From positions 1 through 26,938 of the IMG/VR virus record IMGVR_UViG_3300048576_000515: a stretch of 26,938 bases of DNA; one strand, 5' to 3'. Within the stretch, counting starts at the first letter, position 1. Every line of letters begins with the position of its first letter. The position numbers and the translations under genes are program-made. The notes beneath the pieces are model-generated. The model did no database searches, was not told the DNA's origin, and worked only from the letters and a program-made list of their open reading frames with translations. Below, piece by piece: positions 1 to 7,667 of the stretch. Source of the DNA: a virus. Its lineage: Duplodnaviria > Caudoviricetes.

Positions 1-765
1 ATGAAACTCAAGTTGGACGACAAGGGCAACGCGGTCTTGCAGGACGGCAAGCCGGTCTATGTTCACGATGACGGGAAGGAAATCCCTTTCGATGCTCCGG
101 CCGCCATGGCCAAGATATCGGCCCTCAATGCCGAGGCCAAGGACCATCGCGTGAAGGCCGAGGAAGCCGTCGCCAAGCTGGCGACTTTCGCCGGCATCGA
201 CGACCCGGAGACGGCCAAGAAAGCCATGGAGATGGTCAAGAACCTTGACGCCAAGAAGCTGATCGACGCGGGCGACGTGGAGAAGATGAAGGACGAAATC
301 CGGCAGGAAACCACCAAGTCCTACGAGGTCAAGCTGGCCGACCTGGATAAGCAGCTCCAGGCCAAGGACGGCATGATCTACGCCATGAAGGTGTCCGGCG
401 GGTTCGCCAACTCCAAGTTCGTCAAGGACAAGGTGGCCATCCCCTCCGACCTGCTCGAAGCCAAGTTCGGCAGCGCCTTCAAGGTCGAGGACGGCCGCGT
501 GGTCGGCTACCTCAACGGCAACAAGGTCTATTCCCGCTCCAAGCCCGGCGAACTGGCCGAGTTCGACGAAGCCCTCGAAACCATCTTGGACGCCTATCCC
601 CAGAAAGAAGCCATTTTGAAGGGCACCGGCGCGACTGGCGGCGGCGCTCCGAATAACCCGAACCCCGCGACCATCATCCCCGCCGGCTCCATCGCCAAGA
701 CCGACCAGAAGGCCTTCCTGGCGAACCTGGACAAGGTCGCCTCCGGGGAAATGAAGGTCGTATAA
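1..765 (+). CDS. Phage capsid scaffolding protein (DUF6651-like)
   Basis: Starts MKLKLDDKGNAVLQDGKPVYVHDDGKEIPFDA, has a charged helical body, a SRSKPGELAEFDEALE motif and a Gly-rich C-terminal linker; lies directly upstream of the capsid gene. Confidence 0.85.
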   Translation: MKLKLDDKGNAVLQDGKPVYVHDDGKEIPFDAPAAMAKISALNAEAKDHRVKAEEAVAKLATFAGIDDPETAKKAMEMVKNLDAKKLIDAGDVEKMKDEIRQETTKSYEVKLADLDKQLQAKDGMIYAMKVSGGFANSKFVKDKVAIPSDLLEAKFGSAFKVEDGRVVGYLNGNKVYSRSKPGELAEFDEALETILDAYPQKEAILKGTGATGGGAPNNPNPATIIPAGSIAKTDQKAFLANLDKVASGEMKVV

Positions 766-783
766 CCGCAAGGAGCAGCCATC

Positions 784-1959
784 ATGGCCGTGAGCAACAC
801 GCTTACCGCACTCATCCCCTCCATCTTCGCCCAGGGCCTGCTGGCCCTGCGTTCGGCCTGCACCATGCCGGGCATCGTCAACAACGACTATTCCGTGGAC
901 GCCGCCAAGAAGGGCGCGACGGTCGATATCCCCATCCCCTCGGCCGTCGCGGTCACGGACGTGGTTCCCGGCCCCTACGCCCCCGACCCGGGCAACCTGG
1001 CCCCGACCACCGCCAAGATTTCCCTGGACCGGTGGAAGGAGGCGGCCTTCACCCTGAACGAAGCCGAACTGGCGAAGATCACCCAGGGCCTTCCGTCCCT
1101 GGAAGTCGGTTCGGCCGTCAAGGCCCTCGCCGAGTACATCAACGCCGACATCTTCAGCGCGGCCAACGCGTTCTACACGGTCATGGGAACCGCCGGGACC
1201 ACGCCCTTCGGCACGCTGGCCGCCCCGCTGGTTTCGGACGCAACCGGCTGTCGCAAGCTGCTCTCCAAGGCCCTGGCCCCCCTCCGCGACCGACACATGG
1301 TCCTGGACGTGGACGCCGCCGCCGCCGCCATGAACCTCCAGGCCTTCCAATTCCTCCAGAACTCCGGCGATCCGAACGTCATGCGCGAAGGCATGCTCGG
1401 CCGAAAATTTGGCTTTGACTTCCACGAGGACCAGCAGGTCCCGACCCATACCTCCGGCACCATCACCACCGGCTTGGCCGCCAAAGCCGCCACGGCCCAG
1501 GCCGCCGGACTGACCAGCATCGTGGCCACCACGGCCGCCTCCACCGGGGCTTGCGCCCTCAAGCTCGGCGACATCATCACCTTCGCCGGAGACGCTCAGA
1601 AATACGTCCTCACCGCCGATGCCACCCAGGCCACGGCCGCATCCGACATCACCCTGGCCATCAGCCCGGCCAAGGCCGTTGCGCTGGCCGGCGGCGAGGC
1701 CATCACCGTCACCGCCAGCCACGTCATGAACCTGGCTTTCCACCGGGACGCCCTGGCCTTCGCCTCCCGCGCCCTGGGCAACGACCCCACCATCAGCACG
1801 GTCCCCATCGAGAACATGATGCAGGTCGCGGACCCGGTGTCCGGACTGACCCTGCGTCTGCACGTGCGCGAGGAGTTTCATCGCATCCGGTGGGCGTTCG
1901 ACTGCCTGTGGGGCGTCGGCGCCCCCCGCCCCGCCCTCGGCGTCCGGCTGATGGGCTAG
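784..1959 (+). CDS. Major capsid protein (P22 gp5 coat-like, HK97 fold)
   Basis: 391 aa; AAGGAG RBS; motifs KKGATVDIPIP, LGRKFGFDFHEDQ, NLAFHRDALAFASR and FDCLWG typical of this coat family; follows the scaffold. Confidence 0.9.
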   Translation: MAVSNTLTALIPSIFAQGLLALRSACTMPGIVNNDYSVDAAKKGATVDIPIPSAVAVTDVVPGPYAPDPGNLAPTTAKISLDRWKEAAFTLNEAELAKITQGLPSLEVGSAVKALAEYINADIFSAANAFYTVMGTAGTTPFGTLAAPLVSDATGCRKLLSKALAPLRDRHMVLDVDAAAAAMNLQAFQFLQNSGDPNVMREGMLGRKFGFDFHEDQQVPTHTSGTITTGLAAKAATAQAAGLTSIVATTAASTGACALKLGDIITFAGDAQKYVLTADATQATAASDITLAISPAKAVALAGGEAITVTASHVMNLAFHRDALAFASRALGNDPTISTVPIENMMQVADPVSGLTLRLHVREEFHRIRWAFDCLWGVGAPRPALGVRLMG

Positions 1960-1972
1960 GGCCAAAAAAACC

Positions 1973-2004
1973 CGTCACGGGGCGGCTCCGGTCGCCCCGT
2001 GACG
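1973..2004. terminator. 14-bp stem-loop after the capsid gene (mRNA stabiliser/attenuator, or minus-strand terminator)
   Basis: CGTCACGGGGCGGC-TCCG-GTCGCCCCGTGACG; an A7 run at 1964-1970 gives a U-tail only on the minus strand. Confidence 0.6.
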
Positions 2005-2017
2005 AGAAGAGGCTGAT

Positions 2018-2302
2018 ATGGACCAAATCAAGACCATCCGCATCGAACACGAGGGTTTCCCCGACGGGATGCTCATCAACGAGTCCGACTTCGACCCGCA
2101 GGAACACACCAAGTTCGGCGAGACCGCCGAAGCGGAGCTCAAGATGACCGTGGCTGAGCTTCGCGCCTTTGCCAAAGATCACGGCATCACCCTCGGGGCA
2201 GACGCGACCACCAAGGACGCTATCCTGTCCGTGATCCAGGCCGCCGGTTTCAAGCTGAATGCCTTCGAGCCAAAAGAAGGGGAATCCGAAGATCATTCCT
2301 AG
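2018..2302 (+). CDS. Small head-module protein with HeH/LEM- or Rho_N-like helical motif
   Basis: GAGG RBS; MTVAELRAFAKDHGITLGADATTKDAILSVI resembles the motif common in post-capsid genes. Confidence 0.7.
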   Translation: MDQIKTIRIEHEGFPDGMLINESDFDPQEHTKFGETAEAELKMTVAELRAFAKDHGITLGADATTKDAILSVIQAAGFKLNAFEPKEGESEDHS

Positions 2303-2352
2303 CCCCTCTCCTTCATTCTGGAGACTAGAATGAAGGAATTGAGGCTAGGAAT
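2295..2352. repeat. Long imperfect inverted repeat
   Basis: ATTCCTAGCC (2295-2304) pairs with GGCTAGGAAT (2343-2352); TCCTTCATTCT (2309-2319) pairs with AGAATGAAGGA (2327-2337). Confidence 0.8.
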
Positions 2353-2375
2353 ACGCATTTAGCGCGAGGGAACAA

Positions 2376-2651
2376 ATGGAAGTCATAAAATCGATATCAG
2401 CCGAGAACACGTTTTCCGATCCAATAACTGTCGGCTGCGGATATTTTAAGATTTACATCTGGGGGTCTTCATTCTCAGCCACGGTGAGTCTTCAAACAAC
2501 ACCTGACGATGGCGTGACCTGGATAACAGCCAAGACTTATACAGGCAAATCCGTTGATGTTGGACTTGATCCAACAGGCGGAAAGTATCGACTTGGCATT
2601 GAGACAGGAAATTACACAAGCGGAACTGTCAACGTAAAAATTAATTCTTAG
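2376..2651 (+). CDS. Small beta-rich protein, probable capsid decoration/spike base
   Basis: GAGGG RBS; 91 aa, beta-strand pattern (FSATVSLQTTPDDGVTW...YRLGIETGNYTSGTVNVKI); lower GC than neighbours; lies in the head module. Confidence 0.55.
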   Translation: MEVIKSISAENTFSDPITVGCGYFKIYIWGSSFSATVSLQTTPDDGVTWITAKTYTGKSVDVGLDPTGGKYRLGIETGNYTSGTVNVKINS

Positions 2652-2683
2652 CCAGCTGGGTCAATACTTAACAGGAAACGGAC

Positions 2684-3220
2684 ATGGCCCTTGTTATTGA
2701 GGACGGAAGCGGCGTTTCTGGGTCCAACTCCTTCGTGGATGTGGCCTACGCCGACGCCTACTTCGCCGGGGCTGGGCAAGCCGTCTGGGTCGGCGATGAT
2801 GTGGCGAAGGAAGCCGCTTTGATTCGCGCGGGGCGCTACCTGAACGGCCTCCGCTGGCAGGGATCGAAGTTCGATTTTCGCCATTCCATGTGCTGGCCCC
2901 GTTTTGGTGTTCCGGTCGCGGATATGGAAGGCTCAATTTCCCTCTACCCCTCTGGCTTTGGCTATGGCCTTTACTGGAACACCAACGAGGTTCCCGAGCC
3001 CGTCAAGCAAGCCCAATGCGAGGCCGCCCTGCGCTACCTCGCCGGCACCGAGATGCTGCCGGATCTGGAGCGCGGGGGCCAGGTGGTCATGGAGCGCGTG
3101 GACGTCATCACGACGCAGTACGCCAGCGGCGCGCCGGCCGGGACGCGGTTCCTGGCGGTTGAGGCGTTGTTGCGGCCGTTTCTCAAGTCGAGCGCCAGCG
3201 TGGATCTGGTACGTGGCTAG
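2684..3220 (+). CDS. Head-tail adaptor (DnaT-like family of phage head completion proteins)
   Basis: MALVIEDGSGVSGSNSFVDVAYADAYF start, KEAALIRA, WPR and VPEPVKQAQCEAA motifs. Confidence 0.8.
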   Translation: MALVIEDGSGVSGSNSFVDVAYADAYFAGAGQAVWVGDDVAKEAALIRAGRYLNGLRWQGSKFDFRHSMCWPRFGVPVADMEGSISLYPSGFGYGLYWNTNEVPEPVKQAQCEAALRYLAGTEMLPDLERGGQVVMERVDVITTQYASGAPAGTRFLAVEALLRPFLKSSASVDLVRG

Positions 3221-3756
3221 ATATGCACCCAGGTTTTACGATGCACGATACGATATATCGTAGAATGATCCACGCCAAACATGGCACCAAGGGGTCGGTA
3301 TCCGATTCCTTTCTGCACAAGTGTTCTAATTTTTCTAACATCGTCCTCATTCAGTATGGCACATCCGTGATCCTCTCCTATCTGGGGCGGGTGAAGCCCT
3401 GCTTTTACAGCGTGGCGCATATTCTCTTCCTGAGTTGCCCATTCAAGGTTGTCGGCTTTGTTGTTAAACCGATTGCCATCCTTATGGTTCACCTGACCTT
3501 TGGAATCTTTATTGTCAAGAAAGACAGATGCAACCACCCGCGCCACGCGATGAGTCTTAGCATTCCCATTTTTAGAAAGACTAACCTTCAGATATCTCTC
3601 GTTGCAAGCGAACTGCTTTATTATCTTGCCATGAACAAAAGCCATCCGGCCGGATGGACTTTTTTTAATGAATCTGTCCAACGACCGAATTTCGCCAAAG
3701 TTAGAGACTTCATACAGTCCTTCATATTCAACGACAGGCTTCCATTCTGTTTCCAT
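3217..3756 (-). CDS. NUMOD4-HNH homing endonuclease with C-terminal HTH
   Basis: WKPVVEYEGLYEVSNFGEIRSLDR (NUMOD4); HRVA...VNHKDGNRFNNKADNLEWATQEENMRHA (HNH); AT-rich; ATG at 3756 preferred over TTG at 3768. Confidence 0.92.
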   Translation of the reverse strand: METEWKPVVEYEGLYEVSNFGEIRSLDRFIKKSPSGRMAFVHGKIIKQFACNERYLKVSLSKNGNAKTHRVARVVASVFLDNKDSKGQVNHKDGNRFNNKADNLEWATQEENMRHAVKAGLHPPQIGEDHGCAILNEDDVRKIRTLVQKGIGYRPLGAMFGVDHSTIYRIVHRKTWVHI

Positions 3757-3785
3757 ATGCAACCCCAATCACACTGTTTGGCATA

Positions 3786-3814
3786 ATAATATAAAATTAC
3801 ATAAACTATGTCAA
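3786..3814 (-). promoter_or_regulatory. Sigma70-type promoter for the HNH gene
   Basis: Minus strand TTGACA (3814-3809), 17-nt spacer, TATTAT (3791-3786). Confidence 0.75.
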
Positions 3815-3831
3815 CACAAGAGATATAATAC

Positions 3832-4200
3832 ATGAACTACGCCACCACCGCCGCCCGCGCCGCCGCCCAAATCAAGGCCAAGGGCCAGCCCATCACCATC
3901 ACCCGTGCCCAGGACGGGAACGGAGAGTTTGACCCGGCCACCGGGGCGTACGTTCCCGTCGATCCCCTCACCTTCTCGGGCTACGCCGTCGCCAGCAACT
4001 ACAGCCAGAATCTCGTTGACGGCGCCCTCATCCAGCAGGGCGACAAGCTTTTCACCGTAGCGGCCTCGGGCCTGGGCTGCGTGCCCATGGCCTCGGACAG
4101 CCTGACGGACGCCGCTGGCGACGTCTGGTCGGTCGTCAACGTGGGCATCGTGAGCCCGGCCGGCGTGGCGCTGCTCTACAAGGTCCAGGGGCGCAAATAG
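3832..4200 (+). CDS. Head closure / head-tail joining protein
   Basis: 122 aa; FDPATG and VDGALIQQGDK motifs, ends LYKVQGRK; canonical position. Confidence 0.75.
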   Translation: MNYATTAARAAAQIKAKGQPITITRAQDGNGEFDPATGAYVPVDPLTFSGYAVASNYSQNLVDGALIQQGDKLFTVAASGLGCVPMASDSLTDAAGDVWSVVNVGIVSPAGVALLYKVQGRK

Positions 4201-4629
4201 ATGCAATCCGACCTCCTCGCCGCAGCCGAAGTATTCGGGAGATCCTTGCAGGAGATGGTGGACACCATTGAGCTTGACGCTCGTCGCATCATCCTCAGGG
4301 TGCTCCTCGACCTTCTCTCGGACCTTATGTCCGAAAACCCGAAGGACACGCACCGCTGCGCCGCCTCGTGGAACGTGGATACGCATCCCTCGGATTGGGT
4401 GGAGCCGCCGGGTGATTACACAGGCGTTGACCTCGCGGCCCGGGCCAAAGGGATCGTTGATGGCTTGCCCGACTCCGACGTCTACGTGCTCTTCAACAAC
4501 ATCGAATATCTCATGGCCCTTGAAGACGGACACTCCACGCGCGCCCCTTCTGGGTTCATTGCCAACGCCTTGAACGCGACAGCCGACTACCTCTCCAGGG
4601 CGGCCCGGGAACGGGGGTACACCTCATGA
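4201..4629 (+). CDS. Neck/tail completion protein (HK97 gp10-like)
   Basis: NPKDTHRCAASW and NNIEYLMALEDGHSTRAPSGFI resemble the PVDTGR..SW and N..Y...LE.GHS.QAP.G motifs. Confidence 0.75.
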   Translation: MQSDLLAAAEVFGRSLQEMVDTIELDARRIILRVLLDLLSDLMSENPKDTHRCAASWNVDTHPSDWVEPPGDYTGVDLAARAKGIVDGLPDSDVYVLFNNIEYLMALEDGHSTRAPSGFIANALNATADYLSRAARERGYTS

Positions 4630-5042
4630 CCCCCGACGCCATCATCCAAGCTGTTCACATCTACTTCAACGCCAACTGGACCGCCACGCCGGTTGCCTAC
4701 GACAACCTGCCCTTTACGCCGCCGGCCGATGGGAAATGGGTCCGATGCACAGTGCTCCCCGGCAAGTCCTTCTCCGATGAGGTTGGCGAAGGGGCCGCCG
4801 GTCATCGCAACGGCGTGGTTAAGGTGCAGGCGTTCACCCCGGCCGGCGTCGGCGTGCAGGTCGGCTGGGCTTTGGGGGCACAGGTCGAGGCGCTTTTCCG
4901 GGGGGTGGAGGTGAACGGGGTCTTTTTCGCGCCGGGGGACTTCAGCGATCAGGAAGGGCCGTCCACCGTGGATAGCGGCGTCACGAACGGAAACCAGCAA
5001 CACACCGTCACCTGCCCGTTTTGGGCGTGGGACGGGGAATAG
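4626..5042 (+). CDS. Tail terminator protein
   Basis: VAYDNLPFTPP..GKWVR and GVVKVQAFTPAGVG motifs; ATGA overlap with the upstream gene; precedes the tail tube. Confidence 0.75.
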   Translation: MTPDAIIQAVHIYFNANWTATPVAYDNLPFTPPADGKWVRCTVLPGKSFSDEVGEGAAGHRNGVVKVQAFTPAGVGVQVGWALGAQVEALFRGVEVNGVFFAPGDFSDQEGPSTVDSGVTNGNQQHTVTCPFWAWDGE

Positions 5043-5051
5043 GAGGCTACC

Positions 5052-6218
5052 ATGCCCATCACCAACCCCATCGGAACCGCCAGGGAGCAGGCGTTTTTCT
5101 TCAGCCTGGAATCCGCTCGCGGCTCCCTCATCGCCCCCGCGTCCAACGCCGGCCTGATCACGGCCGGCTACGCGGACATGAGCCAGAACCCGAGCTTCAC
5201 CGACTCCGAGGAAATCCCGACCAACACCCGCGGCCTGATCGACCAGTTCCAGGACCAGACCGGGGCCGGGACCTGTACCGTGCCGTTCTATTTGCGCCCG
5301 TCGGGGACGGCCGGCGTCGCCCCGCTGGCCGATGGCATTTTGACCAGCCTTTTCGGCAAAAAGACCGTCACATCGGGAACGAAGGTCGTCTATTCGCCGG
5401 CCATCACCAAACCCTCCGGTTCTGCCTGGTTCAAGCGCGGGCACACCCTCTTCTTTTCGCGCGGCGGCGTCGTGGATCAGGGGAAAATCACCGCCTCCAA
5501 CAAGGGCGCGGCCAAGCTGGAGGCGAACCTCCAGTTCATGCAGATGGGCTGGGCCGGTCGCGATGGCGTCGCTTCCGCCGCTGCCGCCGCCGCAACACAG
5601 GTCACGGTTTACAAAGCCAAAAAGTATGCGGTCGGCGCCCTGATTCACAACAAGACGAAAAGCGACCACGCGACCGTTGGCTACACCGTCACCGCCGTGG
5701 ACGTCGTCAGCAACAAGCTGACCATCAGCCCGGGCATCGTCACCGCCGGCGGATGGGAAGTGGACGACATCATCGAGGGTTGGCTGCCCACCGCCTCCAC
5801 CAGCATCGGCCGTCCCATCGAGAGCCGCAAGACCGTGGTCACCATCGGGGGCACGGCTCGGACGCTGCAAAGCCTGGATCTCACCTTTGCCGACAAGGTC
5901 GTCATGATCGTGGACGAGATGACCCCCTCGGGCTTCCCCGAGGACTACGGCGAGGATGTCCGCAAGGTCAGCGGCATGATCAAGCTCCACTTCCGTGCGA
6001 ACGATGCCGTGGCCTTCTACGACGGCTCCAACGGCACCGAGCAGGCCATCTCGATCCAGTTCGGCGACACGGCCGGCTACAAGAGCCGGATCGACATGCC
6101 CCGCTGTCGTCTCCAAGTCCCGAAGCCCAGCACCAACGCGCCTTTCGTGGACATCAGCATCGACTTCACGGCCCTGGAGCAGGACGGCGAGGACTCCATC
6201 ACCCTCACGTTCGAGTAG
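5052..6218 (+). CDS. Major tail (tube) protein
   Basis: 388 aa; AGGAGG RBS; strong GC3 bias; sits between terminator and chaperones; ends in a typical ..ITLTFE strand. Confidence 0.8.
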   Translation: MPITNPIGTAREQAFFFSLESARGSLIAPASNAGLITAGYADMSQNPSFTDSEEIPTNTRGLIDQFQDQTGAGTCTVPFYLRPSGTAGVAPLADGILTSLFGKKTVTSGTKVVYSPAITKPSGSAWFKRGHTLFFSRGGVVDQGKITASNKGAAKLEANLQFMQMGWAGRDGVASAAAAAATQVTVYKAKKYAVGALIHNKTKSDHATVGYTVTAVDVVSNKLTISPGIVTAGGWEVDDIIEGWLPTASTSIGRPIESRKTVVTIGGTARTLQSLDLTFADKVVMIVDEMTPSGFPEDYGEDVRKVSGMIKLHFRANDAVAFYDGSNGTEQAISIQFGDTAGYKSRIDMPRCRLQVPKPSTNAPFVDISIDFTALEQDGEDSITLTFE

Positions 6219-6307
6219 CCTTTCGCGGGTCGGATAGGGCGCGCGCCCGACAAGCGGAATCCCCGGCCGCTTCCGGCCCGCCAAACTCGGGGAAAGGGGA
6301 AAGAATC

Positions 6308-6694
6308 ATGGCTCTTAAGTTCTCTCTCAAGCCGAAGGAAAAGAACATCCGGATCCTGTCCGCCCCGGGCGTCGTCTGGAAAGTCGTGCCCATGACCTCA
6401 TCCGAGGATGCGGAGCTCGTCAAGAAATTCCAGGAGTACGATACCCGCGCCCGGGCCTATCTCGTTTCGGACGACATGGGCCTGCTCAAGGCCAGGGCCA
6501 TCCAGATCATTCGGGGGTGGGAAGGCCTGCCCGGGGACGAAACCGATGCCGACGGCAAACCGATGATGATCCCCTACACCACGTCCAACCTGGAGGCTCT
6601 GTGCGAGATGGCCACGCCCGTTATCTCCGAGGTCATCCTCGAGTCCCGCCGGGCTGACGCCTTGGTCGTGGAGGCCGCCGAAAAAAACTCCTAG
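6308..6694 (+). CDS. Tail assembly chaperone (gpG-like)
   Basis: True start MALKFSLK at 6308 after a purine-rich RBS; IIRGWEG motif; ends EAAEKNS over a slippery sequence. Confidence 0.8.
   Translation: MALKFSLKPKEKNIRILSAPGVVWKVVPMTSSEDAELVKKFQEYDTRARAYLVSDDMGLLKARAIQIIRGWEGLPGDETDADGKPMMIPYTTSNLEALCEMATPVISEVILESRRADALVVEAAEKNS
6682..6688 (+). other. -1 programmed ribosomal frameshift site (A AAA AAC)
   Basis: X XXY YYZ heptamer in the correct phase just before the TAG; the -1 frame is open from 6688 to 7119. Confidence 0.85.
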
Positions 6695-7119
6695 CCTGGG
6701 GTCGGTGGGACATCTGGAGCCTTGAAGGGGACCCATGCGATGCCTGTCGCGATCTCTATGAGGACGATGACCTTAGACCGCCATGTGGGGGGCATGAATG
6801 CCTGAGGCCTGATGACCTTTGGCCCGAGAATGTCACCCTATGGAAAATCTGGAAGATAGCGGATAAGCATGATCGGCCGACGCGAACGGAATTCATTGCG
6901 ACGATGGGGGCCGCCCAGTCCGTCTCCGTCCCGGCCAGGATCCCATCCCAGGCTATCGGGAGTCTCTGCGAGGTCTACGACGAATCCCTGGAGTCGTTCG
7001 AGCGAATATTGTGGCTCGAAAACAGGCTTTACCCGCTGATCCTGGAACGGTCGGAGCGGGACAGGGGGCAACAAGGAGACGGGGGTGGGGGCGGAAGCCC
7101 GTGGGGAGAGGAAGATTGA
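6688..7119 (+). CDS. Tail assembly chaperone gpT part (made as a G-T fusion)
   Basis: -1 frame reads LLAWGRWDIWSLEGDPCDACRDLYEDDDLRPPCGGHECLRPDDLWPENVTLWKIW... and joins track ORF 6904..7119; LWPEN..W motif. Confidence 0.8.
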   Translation, partial: LLAWGRWDIWSLEGDPCDACRDLYEDDDLRPPCGGHECLRPDDLWPENVTLWKIWKIADKHDRPTRTEFIATMGAAQSVSVPARIPSQAIGSLCEVYDESLESFERILWLENRLYPLILERSERDRGQQGDGGGGGSPWGEED

Positions 7120-7121
7120 AC

Positions 7122-7153
7122 AGGGGCCGGCGAGAGTCGGCCCCTTGTTGTTG
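7122..7153 (+). terminator. Intrinsic terminator-like hairpin after the tail chaperones
   Basis: AGGGGCCGGC-GAGA-GTCGGCCCCT followed by TGTTGTTG; the G-U pair and GNRA loop favour the + strand. Confidence 0.65.
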
Positions 7154-7164
7154 AACTCCCAGGA

Positions 7165-7243
7165 AAGGCGACGCCCACCCACGCGGGGCGTGACATGGGA
7201 CAGGGCGGATTCTCCGGGTCATCTCCGCTATCGCGGGGAACAA
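7165..7243 (-). CRISPR. CRISPR-like mini-unit: type I-E-like repeat, 20-21 nt spacer, degenerate second hairpin
   Basis: Minus strand 7243-7215 = TTGTTCCCCGCGATAGCGGAGATGACCCG, 23/29 identical to the E. coli I-E repeat GTGTTCCCCGCGCCAGCGGGGATAAACCG; then GAGAATCCGCCCTGTCCCAT; then GTCACGCCCCGCGTGGGTGGGCGTCGCC. The first repeat is well supported, the second is weak. Confidence 0.75.
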
Positions 7244-7247
7244 ATGG

Positions 7248-7667
7248 TCATTTCCCTGCGCGGGCGTCCAACACCTCACTAATCAGTTTTTGCAATGCGC
7301 GCAACCTGTCGCTGGTCATGCGCGGGATCTGCCGCTCGATGACGACGCCGTTGCCGACCGGAAACGGCTCGACGCCGCATCGCCCCCGCATGTCCCGCAC
7401 GGCCTCGCCGCTGCGGCCGAGCAGCTGGCCGACGCGGGCGTCGGTGTCCGTGCCGAGCAGGGCTACCTCGTGGTTTGTCCACTCGCTGTACGCCTCGCGC
7501 TCGGCCGGGGTGACGTGGCCCAGGGAGGCAGCCGGGATGTGCCAGTGGCCACGCTCGTCCTGTTCGGCGCCGGGGATTTTGCCGGCGGCGCACAGGCGGC
7601 GCACGCGCACGGCGGTCGTGCCGGCCTGTTTTGCGGCGGCGTGGGGGGAGAGGTGGGTGTCAGGCAT
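7248..7667 (-). CDS. HTH DNA-binding protein (excisionase/MerR-like HTH plus a second helical motif); Aca-like candidate
   Basis: LSPHAAAKQAGTTAVRVRRLCAAGKIPGA...GHWHIP; second motif WTNHEVALLGTDTDARVGQLLGRSGEAVRDMR; GGAGG RBS; overlaps the cas5 3' end by 8 nt. Confidence 0.8.
   Translation of the reverse strand: MPDTHLSPHAAAKQAGTTAVRVRRLCAAGKIPGAEQDERGHWHIPAASLGHVTPAEREAYSEWTNHEVALLGTDTDARVGQLLGRSGEAVRDMRGRCGVEPFPVGNGVVIERQIPRMTSDRLRALQKLISEVLDARAGK

Noticed and set aside
3223-3786. 187-aa + strand ORF
   Set aside because: Antisense shadow of the clear NUMOD4-HNH gene.
4587-6284. 565-aa minus-strand ORF (and similar ORFs such as 14200..15543)
   Set aside because: Antisense shadows caused by high GC3 codon bias of the real + strand genes.
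5021-6307. N-terminal 429 aa of the 557-aa track ORF 5021..6694
   Set aside because: Arg/His-rich off-frame reading of the tail tube gene; only the part from ATG 6308 looks real.
7170-7201. Second hairpin read as a + strand type I-C repeat (GACGCCCACCCACGCGGGGCGTGACATGGGAC)
   Set aside because: Lacks the ATTGAAAC end, needs gaps to align and is antisense to the operon; similarity may come from the GC palindrome alone.
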